Source of the DNA: an uncultured Verrucomicrobiae bacterium
GTDB lineage: Bacteria; Verrucomicrobiota; Verrucomicrobiia; Chthoniobacterales; JAFAMB01
Length of the DNA: 64,000 nucleotides
Direction of reading: 5' to 3'
Assembly: GCA_963762565.1 (NCBI GenBank)
Contig: CAVXLD010000001.1
Span: 512,001-576,000, forward strand
Position 1 is the stretch's first letter, and each line of letters starts with the position of its first letter. Below, piece by piece: positions 1 to 9,300 of the stretch. A model generated the notes under the pieces. The model saw only the letters and a program-made list of their open reading frames with translations, had not been told where the DNA came from and ran no database searches. The position numbers were made by a program, and so were the translations under genes.

Positions 1-1
1 C

Positions 2-772
2 TCCGCATCCCTGGTTTCGGCGGACCATCAATCTGCCGCTCGAATATTCGCCAAGGACGACGCGGTCTTAGCTGGTACTGAGGCTGCCCGAGCCGTTTAC
101 CATCAACTCGATCCCCAGATCGTGATCACCGTCCGCAAGCAGGACGGCGATGCGGTGCGCCCGGGTGAGACGGTTCTCGAAATCGCGGGGCGAACGCGCT
201 CCATCCTGACCGGGGAACGCGTTGCCCTTAACTTTATCCAACGACTTTCCGGAGTGGCCACAATTGCCAGGAAGTTTGTTGATGCGGTTGCCGGAACCGG
301 CGCAGAAATTTTGGATACACGGAAGACAACGCCCGGACTGCGGTCTTTGGAGAAAGCGGCGGTTAAGGCCGGCGGTGCTCGGAACCATCGCATGGGATTG
401 TTTGACGCGGTGATGGTGAAGGATAACCATCTGCTTACACGTCCTGATCTCGCCGCAGCACTTCAAGAGATTCGGCGCAAATATCCAAAGCTACTGATTG
501 AGGTTGAAGCTGACTCTATCGAACAAGTTCGCAAATTCGTTCGCCTCGGGGCTATCGACGTGATTTTATTGGACAACATGAGTCCCGAAGAAATTCGGAA
601 GTGTATTGCTTTACGCCGGCCTGGTCTCAAATTTGAGGCCAGTGGTGGGGTTTCCCTGGCGACGGTTCGGGCGATTGCTGAAACCGGAGTGGACTATATC
701 TCGGCCGGCCAACTGACTCATTCTGCGCCGTCTATCGATTTTTCTCTAGAGTTGTGCGCCATCGCTGAATGA
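2..772 (+). CDS. nadC: Nicotinate-nucleotide pyrophosphorylase (quinolinate phosphoribosyltransferase), 5'-truncated by window edge
   Basis: ERVALNF, DTRKTTPGLR, HRMGLFD, KDNH, EASGG motifs; frame is open from base 2. Confidence 0.95.
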   Translation, partial: SASLVSADHQSAARIFAKDDAVLAGTEAARAVYHQLDPQIVITVRKQDGDAVRPGETVLEIAGRTRSILTGERVALNFIQRLSGVATIARKFVDAVAGTGAEILDTRKTTPGLRSLEKAAVKAGGARNHRMGLFDAVMVKDNHLLTRPDLAAALQEIRRKYPKLLIEVEADSIEQVRKFVRLGAIDVILLDNMSPEEIRKCIALRRPGLKFEASGGVSLATVRAIAETGVDYISAGQLTHSAPSIDFSLELCAIAE

Positions 773-779
773 GTCTCCT

Positions 780-1463
780 ATGCCTGATTCCGAACAACAG
801 CCTAACCACGCGGAAGCCCCATATACTGCACCTTACTACTCGTCATTGCTGGCCGGATTGATTCACAAACTCAATAACGTGGCCACGGTCTTGACCGGAA
901 ACGCGGGTCTTCTGCTGATGGGCGAAAAATTGCCACGCGACGTACGCGATTCTCTTGAGCAGATGACGCAAGCCATCGAGCAACTCTGCCAGACTTTGAA
1001 TGAAGCGGCGATCGCCTGCAAAGGCAGCAAGGTGAACCTTAGCACGGTCGATCTAGCCGCTCTGATCTCCGCTATAGAATCACCGATCGAGATTGAGTTG
1101 ATTCATCCCGATAAGAAACGGCTGATCGTGAAGTCGGATCCGGACAAGCTACGCGCCATTCTGCACGAATTGTGCCGGAACGCAGCCTCGGCTGGAGCAA
1201 CCAAGATCACCTGTAGATTAGAACTAGCACCAGCCGGAAGCTATCTTATCCGGTTCCGAGACAACGGCTCAGGAATAAAGAAAGAGCTGATGCCCCGGAT
1301 TTTTGATCCTTTTTTTACTATCCGCCGATACCCGGACGGGTTCGGATTAGGGCTATTTCGGGCCGCCGGGGAATTGTCCCGGATTGGAGGCCGCATTTCC
1401 ATCGACAGCGACGGAAAGAGCTTCACCGAAGCACGGATTTTATTGCCAGGCGCGATCGGCTGA
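780..1463 (+). CDS. Sensor-less histidine kinase (HisKA + HATPase only)
   Basis: H-box HKLNN, N-box ELCRNA, DNGSGI, IFDPFFT, GFGLGL; starts 7 nt after the nadC stop. Confidence 0.85.
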   Translation: MPDSEQQPNHAEAPYTAPYYSSLLAGLIHKLNNVATVLTGNAGLLLMGEKLPRDVRDSLEQMTQAIEQLCQTLNEAAIACKGSKVNLSTVDLAALISAIESPIEIELIHPDKKRLIVKSDPDKLRAILHELCRNAASAGATKITCRLELAPAGSYLIRFRDNGSGIKKELMPRIFDPFFTIRRYPDGFGLGLFRAAGELSRIGGRISIDSDGKSFTEARILLPGAIG

Positions 1464-1464
1464 A

Positions 1465-1642
1465 GTAATCAGTAATCAGTGCGTCAGTAATCAGTTTAGG
1501 AGCTAGGAGCTGGCATCTAGGAGCTAGTAAGGCGTCGCCCGATGCTCGCGCCCGGAGACCAGCGGACCGAATTAATTTTTTTGGACCATGCTCGCGATCC
1601 CAATAGTCTCTCCTAAATCCTAAATTCTATCTTCTAGCTCCT
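1465..1642. repeat. Heptamer arrays (AGTAATC, AGCTAGG) with an inverted counterpart (TCCTAAA/TTCTAGC)
   Basis: Direct reading; aggagctag near 1518 is complementary to ctagctcct near 1634-1642. Confidence 0.7.
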
Positions 1643-1647
1643 GAAAA

Positions 1648-1732
1648 CGGAGGGAGTGGGATTCGAACCCACGGACCCTTTCGGGTCTCCGGTTTTCAAG
1701 ACCGGTGCAATAAACCGCTCTACCATCCCTCC
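1648..1732 (-). tRNA. tRNA-Ser (anticodon TGA), long variable arm, CCA not encoded
   Basis: Reverse complement GGAGGGATGGTAGAGCGGTTTATTGCACCGGTCTTGAAAACCGG...GGTTCGAATCCCACTCCCTCCG; anticodon arm CCGGT-CT-TGA-AA-ACCGG; T-loop TTCGAAT. Confidence 0.97.
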
Positions 1733-1834
1733 AAAGTAACGTAGGCGACGACAGGCCGCCGATTGGTAAGGCGGAACTATGTCATCGAAGAGACGCGAGT
1801 CAACGGGAAGCGTCCACGTCGCGGGGAGCAATTC

Positions 1835-2003
1835 TGGGGAGGGCGCGCGTCCCCGCGCGCCGCGAAGACGTGCCAGAGCATATGGTGTATTTTTGTCCCC
1901 CCTATTACAAGACGCGCACAACTTCGCTAACAATCCCGCGGCCGCGGGGCGGGGACGCGATCCCTCCCCTGCCATCGGCGGCACTCACCGCACCCGTATT
2001 CGA
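1835..2003. repeat. REP-like family A doublet (GGGAGGGCGCGCGTCCCCGCGCGCCG ... GGGGACGCGATCCCTCCCC)
   Basis: Same motif at ~3195, ~3350 (rc), ~9860 (rc), 28831, ~46172; rc of ~1946-2003 aligns with ~3222-3275. Confidence 0.85.
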
Positions 2004-2138
2004 GGACAGCCTGCCCGACGTAGCCGAGGCTCCATGTTGCCAACCGCTCGAGGTCGGCCTCGCAAGCGAGGCGCGCTCCACAACCAGGACGTTGGCGAAG
2101 GCGGAAGGACGACGACGAGAACGAGAACCGCCCTCCGT

Positions 2139-2167
2139 TTGACATCCCTGATTCGAACTAGCATTCT
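2139..2167 (+). promoter_or_regulatory. Putative sigma70 promoter giving a leaderless fabD mRNA
   Basis: TTGACA-N17-CATTCT-N5-ATG; no SD. Confidence 0.55.
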
Positions 2168-2172
2168 CGACC

Positions 2173-3117
2173 ATGCCCAGAGTAATCGGACTACTTTTTT
2201 CAGGACAAGGCGCTCAGCAGGTTGGCATGGGCAAAGATTTGAGTCAGAAGTATGCATCGGCCGCAAATCTATTCTCGGAGGCGGATCGCCGGCTGCAACG
2301 ATCCATCGGTCAGGTCGCATTTGAAGGACCGATCGAGGAGCTTACGAAGACGGCCAACTGCCAGGTTGCACTTTATGTCCACGGCATTGCTCTGTTGGAA
2401 GTTCTGAAGGAAGAACTCGGCACATTTCGCTTTCTTGCCGCCGCCGGCCTCTCACTGGGTGAATTTACGGCTCACGCTGCCGCTGGCGCTTTTGATTTTG
2501 GGACCGGCTTAGAACTGGTTGACGCGAGAAGTCGCTTCATGGAAGAAGCTTGCGTTTCAACCAACGGGACGATGGCGGCTTTCGTTGGCGGAGATGAAGC
2601 GGCCGTCCGCGAGATCGCCAAAGAAACCGATGTCGATGTGGCGAACCTGAATTCGCCGGGCCAAATCGTGCTCTCGGGGGCAACCGGCAATATCCAGGCA
2701 GCGATTAACCTGGCCAAAGAAAAAGGCGTACGGCGGGCACTGCCTTTGAATGTGGGCGGCGCCTTCCATTCCAGATTGATGTCTTCAGCGCGCGCCCAGC
2801 TCATACCGATCCTCGACACGGCGACGATACGGGTGCCGGAACAGATGGTGGTCGCTAACGTAACAGCAGGTCCTGTAAAACAGCCGGCAGAAATCCGGCA
2901 AACATTAGCGGATCAAGTGACCGGCTCGGTGCGCTGGGTAGAAACGATCACTTATCTTCTCGACCAGGCCGGCTGCGACCTTTTTATTGAATTAGGGCCC
3001 GGACAGGTGCTCGCAGGATTAGTTACCAGAATCAGGAAAGGGACAGAAGTGATTTCAATTGAGAACCTGGCAACGCTGCGGGACGCCCTACCATTGATCC
3101 GGGCCGCGGTGGCTTAG
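2173..3117 (+). CDS. fabD: Malonyl CoA-ACP transacylase
   Basis: FSGQGAQ, GLSLGE (catalytic Ser), ANLNSPGQ, AFHS, SVRW. Confidence 0.95.
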   Translation: MPRVIGLLFSGQGAQQVGMGKDLSQKYASAANLFSEADRRLQRSIGQVAFEGPIEELTKTANCQVALYVHGIALLEVLKEELGTFRFLAAAGLSLGEFTAHAAAGAFDFGTGLELVDARSRFMEEACVSTNGTMAAFVGGDEAAVREIAKETDVDVANLNSPGQIVLSGATGNIQAAINLAKEKGVRRALPLNVGGAFHSRLMSSARAQLIPILDTATIRVPEQMVVANVTAGPVKQPAEIRQTLADQVTGSVRWVETITYLLDQAGCDLFIELGPGQVLAGLVTRIRKGTEVISIENLATLRDALPLIRAAVA

Positions 3118-3193
3118 GCCCTGCCTCGGACTTGCCGCGAGCAGCGGAAGGCGCTGGACTTGGCACAACTCCGCCGGATCGCAGCGCCCATGT

Positions 3194-3374
3194 CGGGGAG
3201 GGCGCGCGTCCCCGCGCGCCGCGAATCCGGGCGTGTGGAGCGTCGCCGATGGCGGGGGAGGATCGCGTCCCCGTGATCCGTTGTTCTCGAAGCCCACGAC
3301 AGACCCGATCCAGCGTTAGGCTATATCCACAATTATCGACCCGTTCCCGGCGCGCGGGGACGCGCGCCCTCCCC
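3194..3374. repeat. REP-like family A cluster between convergent genes
   Basis: Two forward copies (~3195, ~3254) and one inverted copy (~3348-3374). Confidence 0.85.
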
Positions 3375-3455
3375 AGAATTGCACCCGCGACTAAGCAATT
3401 TAGCCTCTGCCCTTCGTTACCTTCTGTAAAAAAAATCCCGCGGCCGGCAACACCG

Positions 3456-5327
3456 CTAGCTCATCGGCCCGATTTCTGGCTGCGGTTGGGGTCCGGTTTC
3501 CGCCTCGGCTGAGGTTGGCCCAGTTTGCGTCAGCAACCGAGGCGCGAGTCTATAGTAGAGTGCCGAAAGACCGATCAAAACCCCACCAACGACCGCACAA
3601 GATAAGATTCGATAGGGTGCTGCGACTTCAGCGGTATCAAAGACAAGAACTTTCCCCACTGTGATGAATAAGAGAAGGATCGCAGCAATCCGATAGAATC
3701 GCCGGTTCCATATAAAACCGCCTAATAGTAGAGCTGCGGCGGAAAAGACCCAGAGGACTGAGTAAGCACTCATCTGCGCCCTCTGGAAAAACTGCCAAGT
3801 AAACCGATCGAGCTCGACGTTAAAGAAACCAAAAACGGCAATTAACCCCATAATTTCGAACCAGCGAAAAATGGTTCGTTGCAATGAGTCCTTCGCCGCC
3901 TTGAAAGCGAGCCGAGCGATAGTTAACAAAAAGAGACAGACCGGTATGCCAGTGATCCATCGATTCAGGAGTCCGTCGGTAAAGCGAGCGGTCTGCTGAT
4001 ATTGATCGAATCCGCCTATTACCAGCTCCAGGTCGAATAAGAGAAACCGAAAAGTGATGACCAATCCTAACAAGATAGTTCCTGTGAGCAGGATTCGATC
4101 CCCTGCCTTCTTGGCGATCCAATAGCAGGCGACACACTGGGCAGCCCAGAAGAAGGTGATCCAGTGGGCTGAGAAGATAACCGTCCAAGCAAGTAGGAAA
4201 TAAATCATGCCCTGGACCAGGAGCCACGTTCTAGCTGGGGTAGAACCTCGGCGCCAGACTGTGATAACAACTGCTAATGCCAAGCAGCCATAAGCCAGCG
4301 TTAATAGAGAGATTGGCAATTTTGCCGAGTGCAACAATTCGGCCGATTTCCAGCTGCAAAGCCAGCCATTTAGCACGGCGACCCAAATCAATGGGATACG
4401 CTCTTCGCCGGCTCGCAGCAACGACCGCAGAAAGGGAGCGATAGAATAGAGAAGGAAGAGAAACTGAATAAAACCGAACGCATCGATCGAAGACTGCGAT
4501 TCTAAGCTTCCCCAGAAAAAGAAGAGCAAAACCCAGCTGAAGATTGCCCCCAGAAAGTAGAGCTGAGTCCAACGCTTCAAAAACGCCAACCCCTCGCTGG
4601 CGAGGTTAATAATGGTCAGGCATCCAAAGAAAAGGAGATGGCCGGATCGTCCGGAGGTATCCAGAACCGGGGCCAGATAACCGCCAAGAAAGGCCAGGAC
4701 GGCTAACGAACGCGAATCCCAGATCGCGGCGACAGAGAGTCCAACGGCGCTAACCAACAGGACGACAAACATGGTCAGCGGGTCGGGGATCAAAGAGTAG
4801 ATCTGATTTGCCGCGTAGACAGATAAATAAAGAATACCCAGCCCAACCGCAGCCAGCGCGACGTCGAGACCCCGCAACTTTCGCCGCCGGCAAATCTCAC
4901 CGGCTAGGAAGAGGAAAGCGCCAGCAACAAACCCGAGTGTTACCTGCGTAGCCGGCCCGATCCATTTTTCGTCAAAGGCGTACTTCAGAAAGAAGCCGGC
5001 TGCCAATAAGACCACAAAAACCCCAATTCCAAGAAACCACTTTTGTCCTACCGCGACCTCTGTAGAGATACGGGGTTTCGGCTTGTTTGGTGCTCCGACC
5101 GGAGGAGGCGGCGGCGGGTAGATCGCGGCTGGTTGTGGCGCCGCCGGCAACGGCGGAGGTGTGGCTGCGGATTGCGCGGCCTTAATGCCGGTCAATGATT
5201 CTACTAACGTGCGTAAACTGCCAAGGTCCCGCCGAAAAGCCGCCAGCTCAGAATAGAGGTTCAAATCGAGCGAGCATTTTGGGCAGATATTCGCGTTTGT
5301 CTCTGTCTGGCATCTCGGGCAGAGCAT
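3456..5327 (-). CDS. DUF2339-like multi-pass membrane protein with N-terminal CxxC...CxxC
   Basis: CPRC/CPKC, Pro-rich linker, GQKWFLGIG, many TM segments, KVLVFD near C-terminus; start moved to MLCPRC because the longer ORF runs into a repeat. Confidence 0.8.
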   Translation of the reverse strand: MLCPRCQTETNANICPKCSLDLNLYSELAAFRRDLGSLRTLVESLTGIKAAQSAATPPPLPAAPQPAAIYPPPPPPVGAPNKPKPRISTEVAVGQKWFLGIGVFVVLLAAGFFLKYAFDEKWIGPATQVTLGFVAGAFLFLAGEICRRRKLRGLDVALAAVGLGILYLSVYAANQIYSLIPDPLTMFVVLLVSAVGLSVAAIWDSRSLAVLAFLGGYLAPVLDTSGRSGHLLFFGCLTIINLASEGLAFLKRWTQLYFLGAIFSWVLLFFFWGSLESQSSIDAFGFIQFLFLLYSIAPFLRSLLRAGEERIPLIWVAVLNGWLCSWKSAELLHSAKLPISLLTLAYGCLALAVVITVWRRGSTPARTWLLVQGMIYFLLAWTVIFSAHWITFFWAAQCVACYWIAKKAGDRILLTGTILLGLVITFRFLLFDLELVIGGFDQYQQTARFTDGLLNRWITGIPVCLFLLTIARLAFKAAKDSLQRTIFRWFEIMGLIAVFGFFNVELDRFTWQFFQRAQMSAYSVLWVFSAAALLLGGFIWNRRFYRIAAILLLFITVGKVLVFDTAEVAAPYRILSCAVVGGVLIGLSALYYRLAPRLLTQTGPTSAEAETGPQPQPEIGPMS

Positions 5328-5368
5328 CGGACCAGTAAGACATGGTACCTGAGGAATAACAAGCGATT

Positions 5369-5542
5369 GGGCGAACCGGCGAAAGGGCGAAACGGCGACG
5401 AGCATCTGTGTTCTGGCGCGCCTTCAGCGCTGTCACTTAATTTATAGCATACCTAGGCCTCGCAGACTCGGCCTAGGCTAAATTCTCTCAGCGCTTCGCG
5501 TCTTATTCGCCCCTTCGCCGTTTCGCCCATTCGCCGGTTCGC
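5369..5542. repeat. Inverted GGCGAANN octamer arrays wrapping a ~100-bp core (second copy at ~12581-12790)
   Basis: Core ttctggcgcgccttcagcgct...tacctaggcct...gcctaggctaaattctctcagcgcttcgcg aligns with ~12637-12728. Confidence 0.8.
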
Positions 5543-5551
5543 ACGTCCCGC

Positions 5552-5743
5552 TCACGCTCGCCCGCGGTCGTTCGCTGCGTTCGCCGCTTCTCGGGCCACA
5601 AAAACAAATCTGGCCACATGGGAAAGCCAGGTCAGACGCTGCTCGGCTGACATGGAAGCGAACTCGGTGTGACCGTCGAAGTCCGCTGGTTCGAGATTCA
5701 TGAACCGGGGAACAACCCTACTAGTCTCGAGTTCTTCCTTCAT
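5552..5743 (-). CDS. Small hypothetical protein (63 aa), partner of the nucleotidyltransferase
   Basis: Overlaps the NTase 3' end by 23 nt; helical MSAEQRLTWLS segment. Confidence 0.6.
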   Translation of the reverse strand: MKEELETSRVVPRFMNLEPADFDGHTEFASMSAEQRLTWLSHVARFVFVAREAANAANDRGRA

Positions 5744-6254
5744 CGTTGCGTTCTTTTGCTTCCAATTCAGTCAATGCACGGATGTCGTTAATATCCTTCT
5801 CCCGAACCGGCCGAACGCGGCTTTTCATCTCAATCAACTTGCGACGAGAAGCTACCCGGATCACGTGGGCCCGAATTTCTAGCAGATACGCATCTGCAAT
5901 CAGATCGTCAAAACTATTCTCTCGGGTGAGAAACAAATCTATCTGGCGATAAGGCTCTTGCGGACTCCAGAAGGTGAACACCAAAGCATTCTTCTCTCTT
6001 ATCAAGGCACCGATACTTTCTCGATCGAGAATGATGTCTGCCGGGACTGGGGCTCTGGGGACCAGTTGAAGGCTGGTCATGGCCTCCAGAAACCGGCGCA
6101 AGTTATCAGGTTCTAACGAAACCGCGACATCGAGATCGAGCGTGGTCCGTTCAACTCCGTGAAGCACCATGGCAACGCCGCCCGCCACCACGAAATCGAC
6201 GTGATGGTCGCTCAGCGCGGAAAGAATCTCGACCAGGTGACTTTCTTGAGACAT
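5721..6254 (-). CDS. Nucleotidyltransferase-fold protein (DUF6036-like)
   Basis: VAGGVAMVLHG..RTTLDLD (GG...DxD), IDL, LIEMK...REKDINDI; start set at MSQESH because the upstream extension is repeat-derived. Confidence 0.8.
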   Translation of the reverse strand: MSQESHLVEILSALSDHHVDFVVAGGVAMVLHGVERTTLDLDVAVSLEPDNLRRFLEAMTSLQLVPRAPVPADIILDRESIGALIREKNALVFTFWSPQEPYRQIDLFLTRENSFDDLIADAYLLEIRAHVIRVASRRKLIEMKSRVRPVREKDINDIRALTELEAKERNDEGRTRD

Positions 6255-6350
6255 AGCGCGCGGTAGGGACGGGCTCCTGCTCATTCGCAGGTAGGTATCA
6301 AAAGCTCCACGATTGGCGGATGAGCAGGAGCCCGTCCCTACCGCGCGCTA
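6254..6350. repeat. GTAG-type REP doublet; 35-bp arms (34/35 complementary) fill the whole intergenic gap
   Basis: 6254-6288 TAGCGCGCGGTAGGGACGGGCTCCTGCTCATTCGC vs 6316-6350. Confidence 0.95.
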
Positions 6351-9300
6351 CTCCTCATTCCATTGCCGTTTCAGCGCCTTTTTCGCGGCATCCTTCTCGC
6401 TGTCAAAACGGCTCATTCGGTTCTCTAAAACCTGCTTCTTATATTTCCATTGCTCTTTCACCTCGCCCGAACTGTGATCGATCCAGTAATCGACGTACTT
6501 CCTTTCCTGCTTCATCTCGTTTTTCTTGGCGTCCCATTGAGCATCGAACTTTCTGTAAGCCTCATCCCTAGCGTGTTCCCAATCCTCCTTGGTCCGGTAG
6601 GCAGGACTCGGGGTTGCTCTAGGTCGAGAAGTTGCACTCGGCCTGGGCGCAGCGGCTTCAGTTTCTGTTGGAGCCGGAGTCGTCTCGTTAGTCGTACCCG
6701 GCCTGCCTTCAAAGACGGTGTTGGTCGGTTTGCTCGGAGGTCCACTAGGACTGACTGGCGTTTCCACCGGACTCGCTCGCGGCACTTGTTCTTGCGAATT
6801 GTTAGCCGGAGTGGCCGCGGGTTCGCCGGAAGGCGTGCCTCCAAACGTAAACTCTAACACGACCCGTTTCCCAGCCTGGATATCTGCGGTACGCACCTGA
6901 TCCGGACGCCCCTCGACCTTAACCTCAACAGGCTGCTTACTGGGCGGCAAAATCCCTTCGATCGGCGGTCTTCCCATCTCGATCCCTCCGATCACCACGT
7001 CTGCATCAGGCCGGTCGCACGTCACCGATAACAATCCGTAGGTAAGTTTGAATTCCACTACCGTATTCCCACTCGGGTCGACAGTGAAACGTTGGGTAAC
7101 AGGCGTGAGCGAGCCAATTTTCGACGTCAACTCGATTTGTCCCGAAGGAAGGTTTGCAGTTAATGGAGTCTGACCTAAGGCCGTTCCAGCGAAATAAATG
7201 GTGGCGCCCGTCGGATCACTTTTCAGCGAGACGTTTACTCCCTGGTAACTATGCTGGACATTGACGGAGGCCCCTTGGGTCAAGTCGATGTCCTTGACGA
7301 CGTCCGGCCAACCAGGTCGTTTAAGTGTCACCTGGTATTTTCCGGTTGGCATATTGTCCACTGTTATAGGGGTTATCCCGGAGGTCGTCTTCTGGTTTGC
7401 ACCATTGATTTCAAATGGCACACCGGGCGGATTCGTTTTCACAACAAATTGTCCCGTCTCCCGAGTTAACGAAATCAAACCGAGATTATTGATCGTTCCT
7501 TCCGTGACGGTGACTTCGACCGACCTACTGACGTAACCCGGGAATTGCAATTCAAGCGTTTGCTTCCCCGTGGGTAAACGGTAATTGGCGAGAGGGGTGG
7601 TACCAATTGGCTGTCCTTTCAATTGCACAGAGGCGCCGGACGGTTTGGTTTCAAGCGTCACGAAACCTTCGTGGGTAACCTCCTTAGGAACTGGGGCCTG
7701 ACGATTTAGGAAGAAGCTGATACCGACTACCATCCCCAGCGCAGCCAAGCCAAACAGAACAATAGCGAGTGTAATGGCACGCAATACCCAGGGAGACGTG
7801 ACCGCTCGCGGCCCGTCCTCCTCCAACTCGGACAGCCCTGGTCCCGATGGAACTTGCGTCGGTACCACCGTCCCATACGTGTCGCTTCCTCCTTCTCCAG
7901 GCTGAGCCGGATTCCGGGAGACAAATACGCCAGTCGGCATTTTGGAGTGTGCCTCGCCTGCCCCGTCGCTCCGAGTTGGCGCGACAGGCAAGACGCCGAC
8001 TTCCTGGCTACCGCTGACGTGACCGTGGTACAGACCCGCACCAGCAACCGGAGCCAACGGCGGTACGTCTGCAGATTCGGCGCGATCGAGTTCGGTTAGA
8101 AATTCAACCGCTGATGGAAAGCGCGTCGGCTCGATTACACCCGGCCTTAGAACCGTGTTACCCGCCTCCGAAAGAGCCGGAACTGGCGCAAACCGGGCCG
8201 GGCTCCCAGGTGCAGGTTCTCCGTAATGAGAAACCCCGCCCAAGAGTTCGTAAATTAATTGAGCCAACGGTCCGACCGGGTTTTTGATTAACTCCCAGGC
8301 CATCAATGGGCGAACCATGGTCTCGGCTGGGGCCGGCAGCTTCGCCCCCTGAATGCCAGCGGTCGCCAACGCATCCACCTTAATTATGAACGGAGGCCAG
8401 GTCTCCACCGGCGCTTTCCGAAGCGCGTCGAGATCTTCGTTCGGGTGAGCCGGTTCAATTTTAACATCCCCGACGGCGATCGAGCCGAGCAACAGCTCTC
8501 GATCAGCCAAAAAATCGAGTAACTTGGCTAGCGGCTGCACCAAGCGAAAGGTTTCGGGCCAACGCAATTCGCCCCGAGAACGCAACAACTCTTGGAACGT
8601 GAATCCTCGAGTGCATTCGCTCACCAGCAAAAGGCCGTCATCAGTCGATTCCAGCCCGTAGACCGCGGTCAAATTCGGGTGGTGAACGTTGCGCAATTTA
8701 GCAACCTCGGCCCGAAGGGATTCCATTTGCAGTTGATCGTTCAGACCAGGACCGGCAAACGGCCTAAGCGCTACCACCCGGTTCGTCTGCAGATCTTTAG
8801 CTTTAAAGAGTGAAGGCGGTAATCGCTCCAGAACTTCGTAGCGATTTGAGATGATTTGCCCCGTAGCATAACTGCGCGAGTTGACGCCGGCGGCTGTTGC
8901 AGCCGGATCCGTCCCTGTCAGCATACCAGAAAGTTCGCCGCTTTCAGAGTCAGCCAGAATTTCATCAAGCGCTTGCTTGAGCTGAACCGCCGTCTGAAAG
9001 CGATCTTCGGGCCTCTTGGCTAACATTCTCTGCAGCAATTCTGCCACCTTCGGGTTAAACGAATGCAGCACGTCCTGTGGCAGTTCTGATCCTAAGTGTT
9101 GATGGATCACACTCGCCATCGATCCTTCATAGAGCGGCCGGCCCACCAGCATGAACCAAAGAGTTGCTCCCAGCGAATAAATGTCGGAACGCGCATCGGT
9201 TTCACGTTCTTCCAGCTGTTCGGGGCTGGCGAAATGAGGCGTACCAACGAAACCACCTATAGTCACGGTGACCGATTTGTCGGAAGACGGTCCGACTGAT

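Noticed and set aside
1648..1732. Selenocysteine tRNA, or an integration site for an island
   Set aside because: Anticodon is TGA (Ser), not TCA; I saw no duplicated tRNA 3' end and no integrase in the window
2443..2463. FabD GLSLG instead of GHSLG as a sign of inactivity
   Set aside because: The catalytic Ser and AFHS His are intact; GLSLG is a common natural variant
1779..3512. ORFs 1779-2324, 1870-2142 and 3132-3512
   Set aside because: They are read-throughs of GC-rich REP elements (shared GEGARPRAPR peptide) or overlap real genes
6255..6571. Two ORFs starting MSRSPSLPRA on opposite strands
   Set aside because: Artefact of the 35-bp inverted repeat; 6320-6571 is antisense to the kinase
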